From: Macrostomum lignano
Lineage: Eukaryota
Direction of reading: 5' to 3'
Assembly (NCBI GenBank): GCA_002269645.1
Contig: NIVC01001247.1
Location: 96,928-160,927, forward strand
Length of the DNA: 64,000 bases
Position 1 is the first letter of the stretch; each line of letters opens with the position of its first letter. Positions 54,873-64,000 of the stretch are shown here, piece by piece. Under the pieces are notes generated by a model, which saw only the letters and a program-made list of their open reading frames with translations, searched no databases and was not told the DNA's origin. The position numbers were made by a program, and so were the translations under genes.

Positions 54873-56351
54873 GCCTAGAGTTTGGAAACAACGAAAGAAA
54901 AGTTTTGCAAAAGTGAGATGTGCTGCACATTTTATGCAGAACAATGCATTACTACAAACAATGCATTGTTTGTAAGGATCGTCAACCAGAAAAACAATGA
55001 AAGAATCAGCGGTCGCAGCACGTGACAATGAGTTGTCTATGGCTCGCGCCTACCGTTAGCGGAGACCAGACAAGCCAGCAAAGGTCCAGTGAATTTACAG
55101 CCGTAACTGTCAGCTGTAGTGTGTTTTCTCTCGATTGAATTAGTCTATGGCAAAAACCTACATAGCTCAGAGGTCAGCAGAATGGGCGTGGCTGACTTTT
55201 ACCGCCTGCGGGTCCGTAGCCGTCTCAATCTGCCCCAAAAGCCCACAATAATGGCAATCGGACCTCCAGAAGTTCCAGTTTTGGCTGAGCAAACAAGGCC
55301 TGGCTGACTGACTGTGCCTCCTGGACTCGGGCCTCGAGTGACAGGTACAAGAGAGTCCAGGACTGGGTCAGGCCCAAGGCAATTTCCATCCGCCCCTGTT
55401 TGGTCTCGGCTTGGCCAGCCAGCTTCCCTGCTTTTTTGCCTTCTTTTACCCAATTTTTTCTCTCTCTCTCTGATGAATGATGGAAGGCCAGACTGAGTGT
55501 TGGAGTTCAGGCTTTCTCAGATGCTCAACTCAGCATACCTGTGGTACCTGTGGGACATCCTGGCGTCGCTACCTCCAGAGGAAAAATCCGCAGTGAGGAA
55601 TTCTTATTCTGCCTCTCCGGTGTTGAGGATGCTGAGCACTTCATCTGTGCCTGCTCGGTCTTGTCAAATCTGCAAAACGTGCAGATCTTGTCAAAACTTC
55701 AGTTCTGAGAACTTCTGAGAAACGAAGAGTCAGCGCAATGGGCAGAACTCGCAGCGAACTCAGCGCTGGTTGTGAGACAATGTCCCCTGAGAGCCGACAG
55801 CCTTCCTACAAACAATCACTATTTTAGAGTCTATTCTTAAGTTAGGAATTAACCTAATGCGATCTATCGATATCAAGAACCAAGAAGAACCAAGACAAAA
55901 ACTGTTATCGATACATATCGAAGCTTTACTTCTGGAAATTATTCACCTCTGCAAAATTTTTGCAGTTTTTTGCCATCACGCATAACGATCGAGCTTCATC
56001 AGGGATCTAAAAAAGAATCATTTTTGAGATTCGAAATTTCAGTTTTCGTATCTGTCACTTTACTCCGGAAATGAAACAATCTGCGTGCATAAAACTATAG
56101 AAGAATTCTTATCAACGCTTTTTCGAGTCGACGGAATGATTGACACGCGGATATTTAGCCGTCAAATATTTGAAAATTCTGTCAATTTAAGCAAAATGCT
56201 TGGGCAATAGAATTCGGGCTGTGTTTATCCGCAATGACAGTTGTCATTTTCATTTAAAATACTTTACCCACTGAATGCTACTTAAAGTAGCCTTGATTGC
56301 TTGAACTCGTAAATGGAAATAATTTTCGCAATGCAAATTTTTACAGTTTAA

Positions 56352-56945
56352 AACACCAGGGTCTTTAGCACCAGGGTCTTTAGCACGAGGGTCTTTAGCA
56401 CCAGGGTCTTTAGCACCAGTGTCTTTAGCACGAGGGTCTTTAGCACCAGGGTCTTTAGCACCAGGGTCTTTAGCACCAGGGGCTTTAGCATAAGGGGCTT
56501 CAGCAGCAGGGGCGCCAGCACCAGTGGCTTCAGCACCAGGGGCTTCAGCAGCAGGGGCTTCAGCACCAGGGGCTTCAGCAGCAGGGGCTTCAGCACCAGG
56601 GGCTTCAGCAGCAGGGGCTTCAGCAGCAGGGGCTTCAGCACAAGGGGCTTCAGCAGCAGGGGCTTCAGCAGCAGGGGCTTCAGCACCAGGGGCTTCAGCA
56701 GCAGGGGCTTCAGCAGCAGGGGCTTCAGCACCAGGGGCTTCAGCAGCAGGGGCTTCAGCAGCAGGGGCGCCAGCACCAGGGGCGCCAGCACCAGGGGCGC
56801 CAGCACCAGGGGCGCCAGCACCAGGGGCGCCAGCACCAGGGGCGCCAGCACCAGGGGCGCCAGCACCAGGGGCGCCAGCACCAGGGGCGCCAGCACCAGG
56901 GGCGCCAGCACCAGGGGCGCCAGCACCAGGGGCGCCAGCACCAGG
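56352..56945. repeat. GC-rich minisatellite, 15-bp unit with a sequence gradient (gcaccagggtcttta > gcagcaggggcttca > gcaccaggggcgcca)
   Basis: Period 15, ~39 copies. Confidence 0.95.
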
Positions 56946-57670
56946 TCGCGGAGGTAGGGGTAGGATATTGGAGTCACAGAGGCACGGCTCCAATATGCGT
57001 TTAGCGGACCAGGAAAGTTTCGGAATATAGGTTTAATAGCTTTTCTCACAGCATACACTGATGATGTCTGTTGTATTTACTGGCACCAATATAACAAAAG
57101 TATGCGACATGAACCTTACAAAAGCAAAGGAGCAATTAAATTTTCGTTAGAAAATTTTTTTAGGTCGCATGGGTCATAAAATAGCAAGACAAAAAGTTAA
57201 TTAAGGGGTTAATTGTCTTAAAACTTTCCGGTCATCTGGTCATTTGATATTTGAATCGTTTTTTAAAATTAAATTAAATTTCAATTTCAAACTAAGTCGC
57301 GGAAATTGCTGAGAGACCTAAAATTTTTAAAATCTTATTTACAACTAATTTTAAATTTTAGAAGTAAGATTCTTTTCAAGAATAAATACTTCGCAATTAA
57401 AGATGCTTAGCTATGGATCATTTAACAATGACCGAAGTTGGCGCGAGTTTGAATTCAATTTAAAGACTTAAAAATTCAATATCGCCTTTTTTCTATTCTT
57501 TTAAAATATTCTAAGCGGCAATCAAGTCAGCACGAAACGTTTCGACTTGGACACACGGGATTAACTGATGCAGTCACCAAAGAATCGTGCACTTAACGGT
57601 GAAGCCACTTCACAACAAACACATTATTGTTAAATGAAAAAAGTGAGCAACACGGTTTTTTCTTTTAGGC

Positions 57671-58120
57671 TCAGGCTTCGTCGCTTTCCTCGTTCTCGAT
57701 GGCCAGTGCAGTCACTCCGAGCAGCAGGCTGCACCAGGCCGACAGCTCAGAGTCATGACGGAATGTGACGATCATGCACGAGCATCCGCTGCACAGGTCG
57801 CTGCCATCTCCAGCGGCAACAGCAGCGGCTCCTCTTTCGCGTCCGCCCTGACTTCGGCACCGCAGCCGGAGCTTCAGTCCTCCCAGCGGCACTGCTGCCA
57901 GACAGTCCAGCGGCAGGCAGCAGAGCGAGTGCCGGTTTCGGCCCTGCCTGTCCTCCACCAGGCTGCAGATGGTCAGGTAGCCGTCGGGTATCTCGCCGTC
58001 TCTTGCCTGCGGCTGAACGGCTTGAAACAGTCGCAGCTCGGCGGTGAAGGTGGCCGGGTGTCCCGGCCGGACCAGAGCTACGGTTGCTAGGCAGGACCGT
58101 CTCAGCTGGTAGTTGGACAT
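57671..58120 (-). CDS. Uncharacterised 149-aa protein, possibly PH-like fold
   Basis: ATG-initiated GC-rich ORF within AT-rich flanks, preceded by an AG 7 nt upstream. Alternating beta-like segments (AELRLF, GYLTIC, LRLRC, MIVTF) and a C-terminal helix with Trp (SELSAWCSLL), as in PH domains. The fold call is inference. Confidence 0.55.
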   Translation of the reverse strand: MSNYQLRRSCLATVALVRPGHPATFTAELRLFQAVQPQARDGEIPDGYLTICSLVEDRQGRNRHSLCCLPLDCLAAVPLGGLKLRLRCRSQGGRERGAAAVAAGDGSDLCSGCSCMIVTFRHDSELSAWCSLLLGVTALAIENEESDEA

Positions 58121-59764
58121 TGTTGGCCTCGAAATTGCGCGCGATTATTCCTAATCTTTGCAGGAATTATCAAGTGTTGAGTCAGCCAATGCGAATCCAA
58201 GCTCTTGTTTACTGGTTCGATCCAAGATAGCTTAAAAAACTGCTCAATACGAGTAGGGACAGGCCGAGACCTAAGAGAGTGCTCACCTAAGGCAGGATGT
58301 TGAACAGGAAGAGCTGAGAACAGTGAGGGGTAAGACTTTATAGGAAGCCGAATAGCCATTGTATTCATAAAAATTGTAAATCTTTATAATAAATATAAAG
58401 ACTTGGATACAATATTTATAACCCAGCCCAGACAGAATTTCAATCCACTCTCGTCGCGACAATTAAATTCTCGAGCCTAAAATTCCAACTGTAATTATTG
58501 TCGTTATAGAAGGCTTTTAAAAAAGCCAATTCTTAACGAATTAAAGTTTTTGACGATTTCTCCTTGGTAACTACCTACAGGACAATTGTTTATTGCAGTA
58601 TTTCTCATTTAATTAAATCTAATTTTGAAAGAAGACGAAACAAAACTTCTTTTACAAGGTGTAGAAAATTTCTCTTACACACAGGTAATAGTAAATAGTT
58701 CTGATTCCTGCATGGGTGTGAATGGTCTCGTAGATTGACATAAAATGAAACTAATCTAATGTGTTCGATTTCAATATTATCTGTAACTTTTTTGTTTTAT
58801 GCTGACACATTGATAGACTACCTACCTGATTATTTTATAATAAATTAAACTATCGAGTGATAGCTAATTATCTCAATGAGACCAGTTCAGTAAGTAAAAC
58901 AACTTCTAAATCGTAATCGAATCGATGAATGCTTTGATGCTTTGAAAATCTGGTTTGAGATAAGCCTGAAACATTAATTTAATTAATTATTTCTGACTAA
59001 TTGGTTCACTGTTTTATTTATTTATTATCACTCCCTCCTTTTTTAATCACTCGTATCTAGACACCAGTCAGCCGGCCGTAACCACCCAACCCTCGTGATT
59101 CCTGTTCTTGACTGTGCTTTGACAAAAAAATAGCTTTTCACAGCTTCCCAACTGGTTGCCAAGGGATTTGCCGTCACAAATTGAAAACCGCGCGTTTCTG
59201 CAATACGACACCTGCGCGGCAAGTGCGCGACAGGTAAGATGGTAGGTAGGGTAGCGATTGATAATACACACTGATGAATGAAACTCTGGATACAAGAGGG
59301 CAATAGAAGGTCGAAATTCATTAGCGAAGATTGCTTTGCAGACGACAGGTTAGCTCTGGAAGAGAAGGCGGAAGGAACGGGAGCCGACAAGTCGAAACTG
59401 GATTCGTTCAGTGCAAGCGGGGGTTCCCCGCCGTTCCTGCTCACAGCGAAGCCTATTTCAGCTGCGGGGACCCCGCTGCGGCTGTATGTACACGGCTGGT
59501 TTATTATAATTTGAGACAGAACTAAGCCGAAATGAAGTGCGAGATTCTCCCAGAGTTAATGACTATCTTGTTTCTGAGGTCTGCGGCCTGCTGCAAAGTT
59601 ACTGTTGTCATCGCAGCATGTGCATGCAGCAGGCGATCACCCTTACTCATTTCTGACCTGTCTTGATTGCGGCAGTTGTCTCGCCTACAGACATTCATAT
59701 GGTGTAAAAATAGAAAACTACTATCTAACCACGGCTTATTCGGTTTGTCACTAACTAACTAAAT

Positions 59765-60635
<871 letters not shown>

Positions 60636-62066
60636 ACAAGGCTATTGTGATCAAGTGAAATGAAATGAATTGAAATGAATTTCTCTTTCTATTCAAAGCT
60701 TTCCCGCATAACCCTATCACGCAGCTGTTCGCTCATATTTGCTGGAAGAATAGCTGAAACATGGGTGTACATAGGCGAAGACAATTCATTTCTGTAGCGA
60801 TTTTTTTCGCCCAGACATCCAAAATTATTCGTGTTGTTGTGCTTGGAGCTCTTGGCGCACAGGATTATTAGCTTCGATCTGAAGTTCCGTCTCTCTGTGC
60901 TGGATGCCTTAACGCCTTCGGGCTCAGAAGCTAGCTAGCGTGCGGAGATGCTTGGATGCAAAGTAGCGAGCAGCAGATTAATGCGGCTTCTGCGCTGTGC
61001 ACGTCCCACGTTCAGAATCTCTGCAATGCGACTAGCTAGAGAATTGCTACAGCAATATTGAGACCGTACATTGGAACAGAGAGAGCTCTCTGAAAATTTT
61101 TCTATTCTAAATGATAGAGTTTGAGTGGCTGTCGAGATGTGCTTACCATCATTTCAAGGGAGCATTTGCGTCATTCTTCTTTATTTGAAAATGAGATTTG
61201 TTTACCATACCGTAAAGTTATACAGTCGGGTGAATTAGAGTTAACAAATTTGTTTGGCGCGGATGCAAAGTAAAGAATAGAATTTTTGGGCATTCTAAAA
61301 TCAATTCTGAGCAGAAAAATTGCTAGGTTTAGAAAAATACTTTCAATTTTCCGTTTTTTGAAACTTTCATCAGGCACTCAGGTGGTGTGCAAAATGATTT
61401 TAAAAACAAAAAATCTTCAAAATTTCTGCGAGAAATGTATTAAAAAAGAAATAATTTTTAGAAACGAAAAGATTAAATGAAATTCTATTAAGGATACACT
61501 AAGGATACCTAAACCCCCCATGATCCCCACGCCCTAGGCCTAGGACCAGTTCTTGGCCATGGACCTCATGGTCGGCTATACCCCCTCGAGGTGTAAGAAT
61601 TTTTATACCTGAACTGCAATAGACATCAATTCGCATGAAGAATCTCCCCACCTTAACCTCCCCCCCATTCCCCATGCCCTGCAGCCCTGTAGTTGGCTTT
61701 AAGCTACCAAGAAATGAAGCTTGACTTTGAAATCTGCACCATCAAAAACTCCCGTAGTTACGAAATTATGATCCTATTAACATGGCAAATAATTTATCAT
61801 ATTATACGTAAAGTTCAAAAAGTCCCCAGCAGGTACAAAAGGCGTTCGCTAGAGCTGCTGATATGCTTATTTTCAATAGGCGCAGCTCAGAGAAGCTCAG
61901 AATTATTGTTTAGAAAGCCCGTATTATTGCAAACTGTTGATATGGACAAGAGTCGGGCAATGAGGGATGAAGATGAACAGCTCTGCACATGGGCAGGCAC
62001 TCCGGGTATCATTAAGTGGACTCTGTTGTTTTGTCTTCCTTTTACGAATCTGTCCGAATGAGTCTA

Positions 62067-63513
62067 TCACAGCTCGCTAACGTGCTCGGCCACTCCCAAG
62101 TCCCGGCTGCCTCGTTGGCCGTCCAAACTCCTGCCCGGGAACACGGATCGGCGCCGTTTCAACAGATCGTTGAACCGTTTGATGTAGTGCCGTCTCTGCT
62201 GCTGCAGTGCCGGGTTTCTGGCTAGCGTGAGGGCCAAGAACCAGCGGTTCCTGGCGCGGATCTTGGCGTTGATGGACCGGCTGACTTCGAATCTGACTGT
62301 AAAGGAGGTGACGTCATTAAAACTAGTAATTGAACTCCTCAGCTATTCTGGTGCCCAGATCTGCATTCAAGCAGAGTAACATTGAAGTATGTTGTACTAT
62401 AAAGGTTATACGTGCCACAGGGGGACATGGGGACAAGTCCTCACCAGTAAAAGCTATGGGGCGACATACCAATGCATTGTCCCTCCACCCAACCTTGTGA
62501 CCCGTTATGGAAATCAATAATTTTGCTTCAGGGTGACAAAATATAGCGCCTCCGGCGCCAAAAAGAGCCCTGGCAGCAACGATTCTGAAAATAATGTACA
62601 TGTACATGTAGAATTCTTGGCTTTGTCCCCCACCATAAAATCCATGGTGAAACCCCTGTACGAGCATACGTGTATCGCAACCAAGAGTCAGTTATAGTTT
62701 AAGTACACAGAATGAAGTTGCATCTTTATCAGAAATCTGTCAGTCAACTTTTTCACATACTTTGATCGACCATTAGAAGTATTGAGAAAAAAATCGTTTT
62801 CGAATAATTAATTGATCCTCTTAGTGTTAAACAGTTTCTTAGCGAAGGCTATCAGAGTTAGCGCTGTTTTACTGACTAACATTGCATCCTACGCTAGAAT
62901 TTTAATTATAAGAAAATCCTTAGGAATCATTTTAGGTACCATAATTGTTATATGACAAAGAATTTCTAGGGCTCTCTTGGATTGCTAAAACGAGTTAGAG
63001 TCGTAGTGGGAGCACTGTAGGCATGTGGGGAATCAAATCAAATTTAGGTCCATCAAAACTAGCAGCTTAAATTCAATGTACCCCTATACGAAAATTACCC
63101 AGTTCTCTCTTTTTAAGTTTAATCTTGAATAAAATAGTCTGAAATGAATTGTCAGCTCAACGACAAGGAGTGTCTGCTAATTTATGGCTAGATTGACTTT
63201 CCAGTGTCCTTTTTTGACTGCCGTTTCTATTTTCTATTGAATTGTAACACGAAAGCGGCTATTGGGGCAACCAGCGACAGCAACGAACCATCGCCAGCTG
63301 ATTCAGGCGAAGCAGAGAAACTCGGATCCCGGAGCCACTCTTTGTGGAACTCGTCTGCTTGCTCGGGCTTCAGCGCGAACCCGACTAGGCGGGAATGGCA
63401 CCGACCGCGGCGACGTTCCGCAGTGCTGTCCAACAGCAGTGCCAGAAAAGTTCGCATGACCGGGTTGGTGTGAGAGTTCTCTATGTACAGCAGGCCGACG
63501 TAGGCAAAGTGAC
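62067..63513 (-). CDS. STRA6L: STRA6/RBPR2 (STRA6-like) family protein, last two exons; the 5' part lies beyond the window
   Basis: Exons complement(63289..63513, 62067..62296), with acceptors aatgcag|GT and tttacag|TC and donor GATG|gttcgt (phase 1). GHFAYVGLLYIENSHTNPVMRTFLALLL resembles STRA6 [47 protein letters not shown] resembles STRA6 RARWGLAYTLLHNPTL. Confidence 0.82.
62401..62658. mobile_element. Diverged second copy of the 19751-20103 MITE family, opposite orientation, in the STRA6-like intron
   Basis: ccagtaaaagctatgggg, caaccttgtgac, aaaatatagcgcct.cggcgccaaa and tacatgtacatgt.gaattcttgg are collinear with the reverse complement of 19751-20103. Confidence 0.75.
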
Positions 63514-63588
63514 CTGCATTGGGAAGAGAAACATCATGTTTGTCTGCCATTCAGCACTAAGCAGAGTCAGGAGTGTTTTAGATTAGAT

Positions 63589-63720
63589 GCGCACTTTAAG
63601 CGACATTGTTGCACAACCGGCGAGAGGCACTGCTGCCCATTCCACTGACTCCCCTGAGCAGGCACACAAGCGCGCGGTTACCTACGCAGTCATGCGCAGA
63701 GGCACACTCACACAGGAGTG
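63589..63720 (-). repeat. Dispersed ~135-bp repeat, copy 2
   Basis: Reverse complement is collinear with 39041-39174. Confidence 0.8.
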
Positions 63721-64000
63721 CACAGCGGCCCTAACTTTATTTATCGTTAGGCATGAACACTTCACTGTGCCTTAATTTTTGGCCCTCAAGGCCGTTAATT
63801 GCACGAGCAGAGCCAAGCTGAGATTCCAATTTAGCCTCAAACTAATGTGACTGGACTTGGAATCGAGCCTGGGCCCAGAGGCCATCATAGCAAGTTAACT
63901 CAAAATAAAAACATACCGAACTTCATTTTCATGATAAAAATGGTTCACCTTCATCCAAAAATTCGAATCGTTTAGGAAAGAAACACCAGTCCAGACGGCT

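Noticed and set aside
55119-55740. Several 60-85-aa ORFs on both strands upstream of RBMS
   Set aside because: The region is GC-rich, but no frame is recognisable or convincingly spliceable. It may be UTR, promoter or a fragment; left uncalled.
59043-59525. Short ORFs in a GC-richer patch
   Set aside because: No motif or consistent splice structure.
60930-61040. IAEILNVGR segment as a transposase HTH remnant (minus strand)
   Set aside because: Too short, followed by stops, and no TIRs found.

Overview
Eukaryotic (animal) genomic DNA, not prokaryotic. Short GC-richer exons sit in introns and intergenic regions packed with micro- and minisatellites. This style suggests a rhabditophoran flatworm such as Macrostomum, which is my inference and not proven. 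By hand-splicing at GT-AG sites with phase checks I reconstructed these genes: DGCR2/IDD-like VWC-TM protein (-), AKTIP/FTS-like E2 variant (-), GT92 glycosyltransferase (-, 474 aa), TTLL11-like polyglutamylase (+), a two-Ig GPI-anchored Dpr-like protein (+, 320 aa), an FMRFamide-receptor-like GPCR (+, 540 aa), an RBMS/alan shepard-like two-RRM protein (-, 457 aa), a possible PH-like orphan (-) and the 3' end of a STRA6/RBPR2-like gene (-). Mobile DNA comprises hAT-type MITEs with 8-bp TSDs, a TA-flanked long-TIR foldback element, a tRNA-headed SINE and a possible Helitron 3' end. Most long ORFs in the supplied track are artefacts of stop-free tandem repeats. The most interesting structure concerns repeats relative to genes. 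Kilobase (GATA)n and (TATC)n arrays in opposite orientation bracket the frame-preserving RRM1 exon pair of the RBMS-like gene. A 37-bp array begins with the AKTIP stop codon itself. Most introns carry their own minisatellite close to a splice site. Many 3' splice sites are A/C-rich rather than pyrimidine-rich. Family calls come from motif recall, with no database searches. Repeat boundaries are approximate.
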